A stretch of 64,000 nt of DNA, from assembly GCA_964539075.1 (NCBI GenBank), contig CAZIFU010000287.1:15134-79133 (forward strand). The letters are read 5' to 3'. The notes under the pieces were generated by a model. It saw only the letters and a list, made by a program, of their open reading frames with translations, did no database searches and was not told the DNA's origin. How positions within the stretch are numbered: position 1 is the stretch's first letter; every line of letters begins with the position of its first letter. Source of the DNA: an uncultured Verrucomicrobiota bacterium (lineage in GTDB: Bacteria; Verrucomicrobiota; Verrucomicrobiia; Limisphaerales; CAZIFU01). Of the stretch, positions 36,592 to 46,156 are shown in pieces. The position numbers and the translations under genes were made by a program.

Positions 36592-37626
36592 TCAACGCGG
36601 AAGCAACTCCGCAAACGCCGACGTCCTCTTTTCGGTGAACGCGCCTTCACCGCGCAGAATGAACAAACAGGCGAAGTTGTTTTGGACGGCGAGTTCAAAC
36701 CCTGCATCGGGTCCGAGGACGGTCAACCCCGTCGCCAGCGCGTCCGCGGTCATGCACGAATCGTGCGCCACGCTGACCGAGGTCAGGTTATGGGCAGCGG
36801 GCCGTCCGGTGCGCGGATCAATGATGTGCGCGTAGCGGCGTCCGGCAGCGCTGAAGAAGTTGCGGTAGTCGCCGGAGGTGGCCAGCGCCCGGTCCTTCAG
36901 TTCGACGACACGCTCGATTTCGCGCCCGGTGTCGAGCGGGCGCTCGATGCCCACGCGCCAAGGGTGGCTCAGCGCACTGTGGCCGCGCGCCGCCAGTTCG
37001 CCGCCGATCTCGACAAGGTAATGGCCCGCGCCGGACTTCACGAGCAGCGCGGCGACCGCGTCCACCGCGTAACCCTTGGCGATGGCGGAGAGGTCCACGG
37101 AAAGTTCCGGGTTCAACTTCCGCAGCGCGGGCGGGTCCAATCTCGCGTCGAGCCGGCGGTAATCCACCCTCCGCCGCGCTTTCGCAATCGCTTCGTCGGA
37201 TGGTACCACGGCCGTGCGCCGCTCCGGGCCGAAACCCCACAGGCGAACCAGCGGGTCCACGGTCACATCGAACGCGCCACCGGTCAGCCGGCTGATCCGC
37301 TGTGCCTCCTCGACAACAACGGCGAACTCGCGCGACACGGCGAACCAGTTCGTCTCGCGCTGGCGGTTGAAGCGCGATAGTTCCGAGTCTGCGCGATAAG
37401 TGGACATCTGTTGGGTGAGCCGTTCGAGCAGGGCGTCGGTCTCGCGTTGCAGCCCGTCGGCGGTCATGGTCGCAGAATCGGCCAAGGCCCGAACGCGGTA
37501 AGTCGTGCCCATGGCGCGGCCGGTGAGAACGATTTCCTCCGACGCCGCGGCCCGGGCGACGCCGGCGAACAGGAGTAGCAGCACGCCGCCGAAAATCCGG
37601 CCGACTGCTTTCTGCAAACGTTTCAT
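36592..37626 (-). CDS. apbE: FAD:protein FMN transferase
   Basis: AMGTT, FDVTV, DLSAIAKGYAVD, EIGGE, ATSGDYR, HIIDPRTG, ADALAT. Confidence 0.92.
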   Translation of the reverse strand: MKRLQKAVGRIFGGVLLLLFAGVARAAASEEIVLTGRAMGTTYRVRALADSATMTADGLQRETDALLERLTQQMSTYRADSELSRFNRQRETNWFAVSREFAVVVEEAQRISRLTGGAFDVTVDPLVRLWGFGPERRTAVVPSDEAIAKARRRVDYRRLDARLDPPALRKLNPELSVDLSAIAKGYAVDAVAALLVKSGAGHYLVEIGGELAARGHSALSHPWRVGIERPLDTGREIERVVELKDRALATSGDYRNFFSAAGRRYAHIIDPRTGRPAAHNLTSVSVAHDSCMTADALATGLTVLGPDAGFELAVQNNFACLFILRGEGAFTEKRTSAFAELLPR

Positions 37627-38900
37627 GGCGCACCGATCAGCCGTTCGTTGATGAGCGGAAACTGCCACCAGATCAGCGCCACCAAAGCCACCATCAGCGC
37701 GGCGGCAACGTCGCGCCGCCCGAAACGGTCGTGCCTGCCGTGCGAGCGCACGAACTCCAGCAGCGCGCCGGTCGGGCAGCCGTAACGGCAATACGCCTGC
37801 GGGATGAACAGCGAGGCGATCAGGCCAACGACCGCAACTGCGATGGTCGCCCAGCCCGCGGACTTGAAGATGTAGGCGTCGAACGGTTCGAGGTCGGCGA
37901 GATCGAACGGAGCCGCGAGCATCACCACCAGCAGCACAAACACCAGCGACAGCGCGGGCAGCCATTGGAGTCCGGCGCCGAGCCGCGCGGGCACGTTGAT
38001 CTTCCCCCGCAGCCCTAGCCGGCCCAGCCATTCCTGCGCGGCGCCGTGCGGACAGAGTTGGTGGCAATAGAGCGGTTTCTTCGCCGCCCACGGCACGACG
38101 AACACCGCGACCACGAAGAGCGCCAGGCCCGGTGCGAGCGTCCACGGCACGCCGGATTTCATCCAGCCGGCGAGCAGCGATTGGGCGATGAGGTCGCCGT
38201 TGATAAAGCCGACGTAACCGATGACCAGCACCTGGAACGCGCGCCGCCACCCGCGCCGGCCGCGCCGGTGCGCGAACGTCATCACACACCCGAGGCCGGT
38301 GACGGCCAGCAACCCGGCGTCGCGCGCGCGGAACCGCAGCGGCGGCCGTGCGGCGAGTTCCTCATTCACCACACGCAACCGGTGACGGATGCTTTCGGCC
38401 ATCGCCATGCTGGTCATCGTCGCGCCGGAGACGCCTTCGATGCCGGCTTTTTTGAAGTCGAGGTCCGCGAGTTGGTCCCAGTCCAGACCGTTGAACTTTT
38501 TCATGAACTTGCGGTCGGTCACGATGTCTTCGACGTGCGTGCGGGTGTCCTCGCTGCTGCGGATTTTGATGCCGAGGACTTTTCCGCCCGCATCGAACGC
38601 CACCAGCACGTCGGTCACGCCGCAATAGCCGATGATGCCGGCGGCCTGCGGCAGCGTGCGAATGACATAGCCGATCTGTTCACCCTGCGTGTCGAGCACG
38701 TGTAGCCCAGCGCGCTCGGCGGGGTCGAGTTGCAGGCTGACGGCGTTCGTAAAGAATCTCCTGGCTTCCTCCAATTCGACGGGCTTGTCGCCCTGCACAC
38801 GCAACCGCACGTGATGATCGCGGATGAGCCAGGCGATCAGCACCAGCACGCCGAGGCGGTAAAGCTGGAGCGCAACCAACGTGAGCTTCGCGGCGGGCAT
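37623..38900 (-). CDS. FMN-binding / 4Fe-4S membrane protein (NosR/RnfG-like)
   Basis: GVSGATMTS flavinylation motif; YCHQLCPHG and YCRYGCPTG cysteine motifs. Confidence 0.85.
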   Translation of the reverse strand: MPAAKLTLVALQLYRLGVLVLIAWLIRDHHVRLRVQGDKPVELEEARRFFTNAVSLQLDPAERAGLHVLDTQGEQIGYVIRTLPQAAGIIGYCGVTDVLVAFDAGGKVLGIKIRSSEDTRTHVEDIVTDRKFMKKFNGLDWDQLADLDFKKAGIEGVSGATMTSMAMAESIRHRLRVVNEELAARPPLRFRARDAGLLAVTGLGCVMTFAHRRGRRGWRRAFQVLVIGYVGFINGDLIAQSLLAGWMKSGVPWTLAPGLALFVVAVFVVPWAAKKPLYCHQLCPHGAAQEWLGRLGLRGKINVPARLGAGLQWLPALSLVFVLLVVMLAAPFDLADLEPFDAYIFKSAGWATIAVAVVGLIASLFIPQAYCRYGCPTGALLEFVRSHGRHDRFGRRDVAAALMVALVALIWWQFPLINERLIGAP

Positions 38901-38984
38901 CGCCCGCGAGTGTGGCAAAACGCAACGCGAAGCTCAACGCACTTCAAGGAGTCGGAATGAAATTTCCATCCTTGCCGCCGCCTG

Positions 38985-39630
38985 CCCTCACTCCGGCCCC
39001 ACTGCCATTGAATTGAGCCCAAGACACGCTAAAGCGTGGACACCGAACGCGTGGAAACCCGTTTGGTGTGCACGCTTTAGCGTGTCCCGTTTCCAAGGAC
39101 CGTTCGCTAATTCAATGGCGGTGCACCCCGGCCCTCCCGAAGGGAGAGAATCCAAGGACGCGCGATCGCGCATAGTGCCCATGACCCGGCTGAGGGACTC
39201 GCCGGCGCGCCAGCGTCTTGGAGTGCGGCAGTCCTCTGCCGCTGTCGCAAGCCGCGGGAGTCCGAAAGCGCCAGAGGACTGGCGCAGTCCAAGACCTTGC
39301 GGAGTGAGGACGGTTCATGGGTAGCCTCCACTTCCAACTTTGGACGCGCATCGGGGCCATGAACTGGTTAGCGCTTCCGTTGTCGCGCCAGCGTCTTGGA
39401 GTGCGCCAGTCCTCTGGCGCTTTCGACCACCCACGACTTTCAAAGCGCCAGAGGACTGGCGCAGTCCAAAACCTTGCGGAGTGAGGACGGTTCATGGGTA
39501 GCCTCCACGATCCGAACATCGCGTACTGGAACCATCAACCCTGGAGCGCGGCATTTATGCCGCTTCACGAATCGTGCAGTATGGGACGTCGAAGCGGCAT
39601 AAATGCCACGCTCCAAAGGCGGTTCACGGG
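38985..39630. repeat. Modular nested repeat cluster
   Basis: CCCTCAC element split by a 14-bp-IR element (39001-39122) carrying a REP pair; three consecutive CCATGAAC...GGTTCA(T/C)GGG shells carrying hairpins. Confidence 0.8.
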
Positions 39631-39723
39631 TAGGGGGAATCGCCGCCAGTCGTTCGCCGAAACCGGCGCGCTTGGATTGCAAACACGCTGGGCCGATCTG
39701 AACGGTTTGTCGGCGAGAAGATC

Positions 39724-41997
39724 TCACGGCGCCGGCAACACCTGCACGGCGTCAATATGCACGTTGCCGTCCACGCCCTCGGCCCTCACCTCGACGGCGC
39801 CGGGTTGGCCGGCCGCGAAGCGGAACACGCCGAGCGACACGAACGTCGGCGGCACCGGCGGCTCGACTTGTTGGTTGACGCGGATGGTTTTCGCGCCGTC
39901 GGCGCTGTGGACGGTGACGGGCACGTTGCGGGCGCGGTTTTCGTGCGGCTGATAGGCGTAGCGCACTTCGTAACGCCCGGTCGCCGGCACGTTGAACTCG
40001 AAGCGCGCCGTCGCCCCGGATTTCGCCGACGCATATTGATAATGCGCGCCGACGTGGCCCTTGAGGCCCTCGCCTTTGGTCCATTTGCCGGTGAGTCTGG
40101 CCTGCGCGTCGTCAATGACGATGCCGGCCAGAGTGGCCGGGTCCACGTTATTGATTTCGAGTTTGGGCGGCGGCAGTTCCTTCGCGTCGGCCGGGATGTA
40201 AATTTTGCCGCCCAGGCTGTCGCGCCGCGCCACGCCGCGGAGGTTGATCAACTCCTGCAACTCGGCGAAGTAGGAATGATAGATGTCGCGCGGCGCGCAG
40301 TGATGGAGGAGGCAGAGCGAAGCGGCCTTGCCGACGACTTCGCCGATCATGCCGCCGGTCTTCATCACGCGCACGGTGCCCAGCGCTTCGTGCGTGACGC
40401 TCACGTCGCGGCCCGACATGAAAAGATTTTCGATGTTGCGCGAATAGAAGCAGCGATACGGCACCGGGTAGCCGTGCTCGCGGTCCACTTTCTTGTCCAT
40501 GATCGCCTTGGAGATGAAGGGGTCGTCCGGAAATTTCTTCGCGTATTCGTCCTTTGGATAATGGAGGTCAATGTCCCACGTCGTGGGCACGGTGCCGTCG
40601 GAAAACGGCCGCTTGCTTTCGATATCCTCGCGGGTGAGGACCACGTCGCCGAGCAACTGGCGCGACTCGCGCGTGCCGCCGATGTAGGCGACCCATTCGA
40701 GCTTCGCGTTCTGGTGCTCCTCCTTGCCGTCCTTGTTCTTCATCGCGTTGAACGCGCCGTAAATCGCGCGGAGATTCCAGTCGCGGGTGTATTCGAGGTC
40801 GTGGATCGGGTGCTTGTTGAAGCCGCTTTCCCAGAACCAGTCGGCTTTGTTGCGCTTGGGGTATGGGAAATCGTCCATCGTCAGGGCCAACGCCCACGGC
40901 ACGTCGGGGAAGGGCGCGGGTTGATCGCCGTCTTTCCAGCGCCACATGTTGCTCATGCCGAGGTGATCCTCCTCCTTGAGCGTGTGATCGGCGCCGGCGA
41001 GCGCGCCGATGGCGGCGTGGCCCGTGGAATCCACGAACAGCGTGCCCTGGAAGCGGCGCACTTCGCTGGTCAAGGTGTTGAAGGCCAGCACGGCGACGAT
41101 TCGTTTCTTGTCGTTGCTCATCTCGACGGCGTAAGCGTGAGTGTTGAGGAACAGCGAAATGTTCTTCTCCGCCCGGATGAGCGCCTCCTTTTTTTCGTCG
41201 CCGAACTCCTCGAAGGTGCCGGGCGACGCCTTGGCGTGGTCCATGAACTCCTCGACGATCTCGCCGAGGTTCGGGTAAAGGCCGCGCCGCGTGCCGCCCA
41301 TCGCCCAGACGCGGACCTCCGAACTGCCGTTGCCGCCGAGCACGGGCCGGTTTTGAATGAGCGCCACCTTCAGCCCCATGCGCGCTGCCGAGATTGCGCT
41401 GCCCATGCCGCCGTAACCGCCGCCGACCACGACGAGGTCGAAGGGACCGGTGTCCGCCGGCTTGTCCGGCAACCCGAGCAACTGCTTGCGCCAGGCAACG
41501 AGCGACTTCGCGTCGTTGGGCGGCTCGAACGCCGTGTCCTTGCTGAACAGAATTGCGTCGCAACGGCCCTCGAACCCGGTCAAATCGTGCAGCGCGATTT
41601 TCGTGTCGGCCTTCGCGATCTCCACCGTGCCGCCGTCGTGCCAGAACCATTCGGCGCCTTTTGTGCCGAAGGTTTCCTTCAGCGGCTGGCCCTCGACGAG
41701 CACCTGGAATTTTCCCGGCGCGCCGGGGGCCTTCCAGCGCGCGACCCAATCTTTCGTGCGCACCCAGACGCGATACGCGCCAGTGCCGGGAAACTTCACG
41801 GTCGTCATTGCGTCCTTGACCGGTTCGCCCAGGCCGTGCGCGAGCAGGTAAGGCGAACCCATGCTCTCGATGAATTGTGTGTCGAGCGACCAGCCGCCGG
41901 GGTCCTGGAAGCTCTCGGCCTCCAAGAGCAGATGATCGGCGGCGAACAGGGGCAGCGCGGCGGCCAGCGACAGAAGGGCGGCGAGCAAACGTTTCAT
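39724..41997 (-). CDS. Secreted FAD-dependent oxidoreductase with C-terminal golvesin/xanthan-lyase-like beta domain
   Basis: VVVGGGYGG, LGGNGSSE, VDSTG, RESRQLLG, VPYRCFYS, GTVRVMKTGG. Confidence 0.85.
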   Translation of the reverse strand: MKRLLAALLSLAAALPLFAADHLLLEAESFQDPGGWSLDTQFIESMGSPYLLAHGLGEPVKDAMTTVKFPGTGAYRVWVRTKDWVARWKAPGAPGKFQVLVEGQPLKETFGTKGAEWFWHDGGTVEIAKADTKIALHDLTGFEGRCDAILFSKDTAFEPPNDAKSLVAWRKQLLGLPDKPADTGPFDLVVVGGGYGGMGSAISAARMGLKVALIQNRPVLGGNGSSEVRVWAMGGTRRGLYPNLGEIVEEFMDHAKASPGTFEEFGDEKKEALIRAEKNISLFLNTHAYAVEMSNDKKRIVAVLAFNTLTSEVRRFQGTLFVDSTGHAAIGALAGADHTLKEEDHLGMSNMWRWKDGDQPAPFPDVPWALALTMDDFPYPKRNKADWFWESGFNKHPIHDLEYTRDWNLRAIYGAFNAMKNKDGKEEHQNAKLEWVAYIGGTRESRQLLGDVVLTREDIESKRPFSDGTVPTTWDIDLHYPKDEYAKKFPDDPFISKAIMDKKVDREHGYPVPYRCFYSRNIENLFMSGRDVSVTHEALGTVRVMKTGGMIGEVVGKAASLCLLHHCAPRDIYHSYFAELQELINLRGVARRDSLGGKIYIPADAKELPPPKLEINNVDPATLAGIVIDDAQARLTGKWTKGEGLKGHVGAHYQYASAKSGATARFEFNVPATGRYEVRYAYQPHENRARNVPVTVHSADGAKTIRVNQQVEPPVPPTFVSLGVFRFAAGQPGAVEVRAEGVDGNVHIDAVQVLPAP

Positions 41998-42152
41998 AAT
42001 GGTGACGACGACACTAACATTCCGGCGCGCCGTTCGGCCAGCCCATTCCGCAGGGGGAACATGGGCTGGCCATTTCACCTTGGGAGCAGCCTCGATCTTC
42101 CTGAAACCGAAAGCCGGTGATGGTCGGTAAAATCGCCCACCCCATGAAACTC

Positions 42153-42304
42153 GTAGCCGCCGACGTCAGTCGGCGCACTGCCTTCCCGTCCGAGAACATT
42201 TGGCGCGGACTGACGTCCGCGGCTACCCGGCACCGTAGCCGCCGACGTGAGTCGGCGCTCATCGTTCCTGGCATAAGAGTGCGCCGACTGACGTCGGCGG
42301 CTAC
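42153..42304. repeat. Four GTAG REPs in two inverted pairs
   Basis: GTAGCCGC(C/G)GACGT(C/G)AGTC(G/C)GCGC at 42153, 42203, 42235, 42281. Confidence 0.9.
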
Positions 42305-42428
42305 GGTTCATGTTACCGCGGCGGCGAAATCCATCGTTCCTGGCCCGACTTCAGGCTTGCCAAAACCCGCGCGCTTTGCTTCCATGCAACCAAGCAAACT
42401 CCAACCCACCTTCAACCGGAGAAATACC

Positions 42429-43199
42429 ATGAATTCTTCTTTGCCTTCTGATTCGAATCGCGGTCCGCGCATCCTCAGTCCCGATGCCATTGCGCTGTTG
42501 CGGCGGACGCGGCAAGGCATGTTAGTCCGGATGCTGTCCGGTCCGGCGGCGGGTGGCGGGGTGCGGGGTGCGGGCGCGTCGCGGCGGCAGTTCCTCAAGG
42601 GCGCGCTGCTCGGGGCGGCGGCGTGGTCGCTACCGTGGGCCGCGCGGGGAGCAGCTGTAGTCCAACAGCTATCAGGCACGAACTTTGTCGCCAACGCAGA
42701 GTTTGAGTTCGTGGACACGTCAACATGCGCGTTGGGTGACATCACACACGTCAGCGTTCTAACTGGCGTGTCGATGGTGAAGAACGGCGAGACAAACCCC
42801 GCTCCGCTGACGGCGGTCGCAATTGCTCGCTTGAACTTCTGCACTTTTTATTCTCAGTTCGCCATCGGCAATGTGGTGAACCCGACTCAAATCATCGATA
42901 GCAAACTGAGGACAGCGTCAGTGGATGTTGACATTCCGGTTCAAGACGAAGGCACGAATACGGTCGTTCTCGCCCACGTGAATATCCAATGGACGGCGTT
43001 ATCCAATGCAGCGGCGGCCACTTTTAACGATGTCTTCACCGCGCCGGGATTGACAGTTGGCTACCACTCCACCGGGAAATTCATCCCGGCAATCGCAGTC
43101 GGATCGGTTACGATCGGAACTCACAACTTTACGCCCCAGCCGTCGATTGAGGCTATTATCGGCAAGGCCAAGACTCACCTGATTACGGTCCAGCACTGA
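42429..43199 (+). CDS. Hypothetical Tat-exported beta-rich protein
   Basis: SRRQFLKG motif then hydrophobic stretch; GGAGA RBS; mature region looks less GC-rich than host genes. Confidence 0.7.
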   Translation: MNSSLPSDSNRGPRILSPDAIALLRRTRQGMLVRMLSGPAAGGGVRGAGASRRQFLKGALLGAAAWSLPWAARGAAVVQQLSGTNFVANAEFEFVDTSTCALGDITHVSVLTGVSMVKNGETNPAPLTAVAIARLNFCTFYSQFAIGNVVNPTQIIDSKLRTASVDVDIPVQDEGTNTVVLAHVNIQWTALSNAAAATFNDVFTAPGLTVGYHSTGKFIPAIAVGSVTIGTHNFTPQPSIEAIIGKAKTHLITVQH

Positions 43200-43344
43200 A
43201 TCACTGCATACTGACGAGGAGCGAATCCAAGCCATAACGCGTAAGTTCTAAATGGCGTTTTGTTGACTTCATGGTTGGATGGTTTTTCTGACAGCGTCCG
43301 GCACCTTTACCATCAGCCACTGAGCGCGCCCTTTCGCCCCATCC

Positions 43345-43501
43345 GTAGCCGCCGACGTCAGTCGGCGCACTTCCTTCCCGCCGGAGAAACCTTGGCGCGG
43401 ACTGACGTCCGCGGCTACCGCGCGCCGTAGCCGCCGACGTTAGTCGGCGCAGTCTTTCCCCCTCACCCGAAAAATCAGCGCGGACTCACGTCCGCGGCTA
43501 C
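43345..43501. repeat. Four GTAG REPs in two inverted pairs
   Basis: Copies at 43345, 43395, 43427, 43478. Confidence 0.9.
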
Positions 43502-43506
43502 GAGGG

Positions 43507-44133
43507 CTATTCCATCTCGCGCGGCGGGAGGATCCGTTGCTCGATACCCGGTTCGCGCACCGACAAGTAGTGCTTCCAAAACCACGGCCAGTAATCCGGC
43601 TCGAAGGGATTCAATCGCGGATACCCCGGCACGACCGCACCCAGATACGGCCAGTCCGGCGGCGCCTTCACCAGCCCGCCCTTGAACGGATTGAGCAGCA
43701 CGTAATCCGCGCAGGCGAGGCTGAACGCGCGCCGTTGCCGCTCCTCCGCCGTGAGCACGTGATCGTGCGGCTGATGCTGGAACTTCGCCGGCTTGAGGAA
43801 CGGACCGAGTTGCGCGCGGAGAAACTTCATCCCGTTGCGCTGGTCGGCCTGCTTGCGGATGCCCATCCAGACAAGATGAACGTGGTTGGGCATGAGGCAA
43901 TAGGCCGGGCAGAGCAATCCCTCGCGGGCGGCGGCATGAAGCATCATCTCGCGAAAGGCGGCGTGGAAGGAATGGTCCAGCCAGCCCGATTGGCGATGCG
44001 CCACGGGCAGGGTCCAGAAGACCACGGCGTCGGCCTGGTAAAACTCGCGCTTCAACCGCGGGAGATAGTGGGAGAACGAGGAGCGTGGCTTGCGCTCGTC
44101 AGGGTTTGGGGAACCACCGGATGGATCGGGCAT
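43507..44133 (-). mobile_element. REP-associated tyrosine transposase (RAYT, Y1/HUH family)
   Basis: AYCLMPNHVHL HUH motif, DYVLLNP...GL catalytic Tyr, DWPY; flanked on both sides by GTAG REPs. Confidence 0.88.
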
Positions 44134-44146
44134 GGGCGGGAGATTA

Positions 44147-44202
44147 GCGCGGACTTACGTCCGCGGCTACGCCGCGTCGTAGCCGCCGACGTGAGTCGGC
44201 GC
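44147..44202. repeat. Two GTAG REPs upstream of the RAYT
   Basis: Copies at 44147-44170 and 44179-44202. Confidence 0.88.
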
Positions 44203-44291
44203 GGTTCGGCTCCCGGCGGATGGAAGGTTGCGCCGCGAGGCAGAGGAGAACCACGAACGGACGCGAAGGGACACCAGAAGGAGTTTCATAA

Positions 44292-44364
44292 GGCCAACCA
44301 CGGGGGGCTCCGTCGAGCCAATTCATTCCGCGCCCGAGGCGGCTCGACGGAGTCTCGCCCCACC
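44292..44364. repeat. GTGG-type REP-like hairpin
   Basis: ctccgtcgagcc / ggctcgacggagtctcgccccac; related pair at 58599-58675. Confidence 0.65.
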
Positions 44365-44509
44365 TTGCGAAACCACTTCTTCTCGCGCGAGGGATCGAAC
44401 ACACGAGATTCATGGCGCGGAAAAGGAGATCAAGGGACGCATAGTTTCGAGAACCGGTGCTGAAACTAACTTGTCATTGGCGTTGCTTCGTGTCCATTCG
44501 TGGCTGGCT

Positions 44510-45403
44510 TCACTTCGTGAAACCCATTTCCTTCAACCACAACGCGCATTGCGTCGTCCAGGGGTGGCGGTTGTCCGGGTCCCATTGTTGGCCGCCCAGT
44601 CCGAGGCCGTGGCGGCCCTTGGGATAAATGTGCAGCGAGAACGGCACGCCGTTCTGGCGCAGCGCGGCGGCGAACTCGAGACTGTTCTCCACCTTCACCG
44701 AGCTGTCCTCGAACGTGTGGAAGAGGAAACACGGCGGCGTATCTTTGGTGACCTGCTTTTCGTTCGACAGCAATTCAACGAGTTTGGGATCAGGGTTGTC
44801 GCCCAGCAGGTTTTTCCGCGAACCGGCGTGCGCGTTCGGCCCCGCCAGCGTGATGACCGGGTAACACAGGATGCCCAGGTCGGGCCGCGAACTGACACGG
44901 TCAATCGGGTCGGTGGCGGTCGCGTCGCCGGCGTCGTAGTGGGTCAGGCCGGTGGAGGCGAGGTGGCCGCCGGCGGAGGACCCCATCAGGCCGATGCGTT
45001 TGGGGTCGAGCTTCCATTTTTCGGCATTGGCGCGGACGTAGCGGATGGCGCGGTTAACATCCTGCATCATGGCCGGGTGTTTGTAGCCGGAGGTGCCGAG
45101 GCGGTACTTGAGCACGAAGCCGGCGATGCCCTGCTCGTTGAGCCACATGGCATAATGCGAACCTTCATGGGGTGCCAGGGCGCCGTAGCCGCCGCCGGGG
45201 CAGATGATCATTGCCCCGCCGGTGGCTTTGGCGGGGCTGGCGAAGTGCGGCGTGAGCGTGGGCGTGTCCTTGTCTACGTTGCCGAGCGCGCCGGGGGCGC
45301 CGTTGGGCCAGAGCGGAAAGGCGTCGCGGGGCGGCGCTTGACCGAAGACTTGTCCTGCGGTGACACCAAGCAACAAGGCCAGCAGACACAAAGAATATTT
45401 CAT
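44510..45403 (-). CDS. Secreted alpha/beta hydrolase (esterase)
   Basis: PGGGY, GSSAGGHL nucleophile motif, HTFED, HGLG. Confidence 0.9.
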   Translation of the reverse strand: MKYSLCLLALLLGVTAGQVFGQAPPRDAFPLWPNGAPGALGNVDKDTPTLTPHFASPAKATGGAMIICPGGGYGALAPHEGSHYAMWLNEQGIAGFVLKYRLGTSGYKHPAMMQDVNRAIRYVRANAEKWKLDPKRIGLMGSSAGGHLASTGLTHYDAGDATATDPIDRVSSRPDLGILCYPVITLAGPNAHAGSRKNLLGDNPDPKLVELLSNEKQVTKDTPPCFLFHTFEDSSVKVENSLEFAAALRQNGVPFSLHIYPKGRHGLGLGGQQWDPDNRHPWTTQCALWLKEMGFTK

Positions 45404-45524
45404 AGGCTTGCGGGAGAATAAACAACCGGCGCGCCGGATTCAAATGAATTGCCGGTGTTCCCCGCCTGCCGGGGTGGCCTCTTCCACTCTGGGTTGTTCA
45501 GCGGTCACACACCCTGAGCCCTCC

Positions 45525-45562
45525 GGCTCTTAATCTTAATCTTGCTCTTGCTCTTGATCCTC
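45525..45562. repeat. Hexamer tandem repeat
   Basis: ctcttaatcttaatcttgctcttgctcttgatcctct. Confidence 0.6.
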
Positions 45563-45604
45563 TCGACGATGGGCCAAGAGATCAAGTGCAGGAACCCGAC
45601 GAAA

Positions 45605-46012
45605 ATGAATCCGCCTTTCCGCCGCATCCCGCCTCTTGGGCCGCCCCGGGCGAATTCCCGCCAGCGCGTCCTGGCGCAATGGCGCGGTGTGGACCTGACC
45701 CCGCTCGAAAAAGCGCAATCCGTCCACGCCCGAACCCCCGGCCAATTGTTGCCCGGCGTGCTGCAGGGCATGGGCCTGGAACGCCGCCGCGCCGAAGCCG
45801 AAGTCGTCAAGGTCTGGAACCACCTCATTGATCCGAACATCGTCGCCCACGCCCAACCCGTCGGAGTGCGACGCGGCACGCTCTTCGTGGTCGTGGACAG
45901 CAGCGTGTGGCTCTCCGAAATTGTCCGTTATCGCCGCAAAGAAATCCTCGACCGCCTCCAGCACAGCTTCGGCCGCGAAGTCATCGCGCGGATTTCCTTC
46001 CGCGTCGGTTGA
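45605..46012 (+). CDS. dciA: DUF721 / DciA helicase-loader family protein
   Basis: WNHLIDPNIVAHAQP...GTLFVVVDSSVWLSE...ISFRVG. Confidence 0.8.
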   Translation: MNPPFRRIPPLGPPRANSRQRVLAQWRGVDLTPLEKAQSVHARTPGQLLPGVLQGMGLERRRAEAEVVKVWNHLIDPNIVAHAQPVGVRRGTLFVVVDSSVWLSEIVRYRRKEILDRLQHSFGREVIARISFRVG

Positions 46013-46027
46013 CGCACGCGCGCGGCG

Positions 46028-46150
46028 AAACTACGTGTTCAAAGTTCAAACGAAGCTCCAAAGACCGGGCTCCCAAGCAGACGGGTTCCCAGGCGCGTTC
46101 TTTTGGAATTTGGGATTGGGGTTTCATTTGAGCTTGGACCATTGAGTTTG
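46028..46150. repeat. Heptamer-tandem hairpin between convergent genes
   Basis: ttcaaag/ttcaaac/ctccaaa arm and ttggaat/ttgggat/ttgagct/ttggagc arm. Confidence 0.6.
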
Positions 46151-46156
46151 GAGCTT

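Noticed and set aside
38985-39630. Repeat cluster as a CRISPR array or structured ncRNA gene
   Set aside because: Units are long, nested and palindromic with no unique spacers; no recognisable RNA family.
7903-41749. Many long antisense or alternate-frame ORFs (e.g. 7903-9951, 11991-13589, 27024-29363, 33032-35707, 39757-42120)
   Set aside because: Typical GC-rich shadow ORFs opposite well-supported genes; no motifs.
42153-44202. REP clusters as a CRISPR array
   Set aside because: Repeats alternate in orientation, spacers are irregular (8-30 nt), there are no cas genes, and a RAYT explains them.
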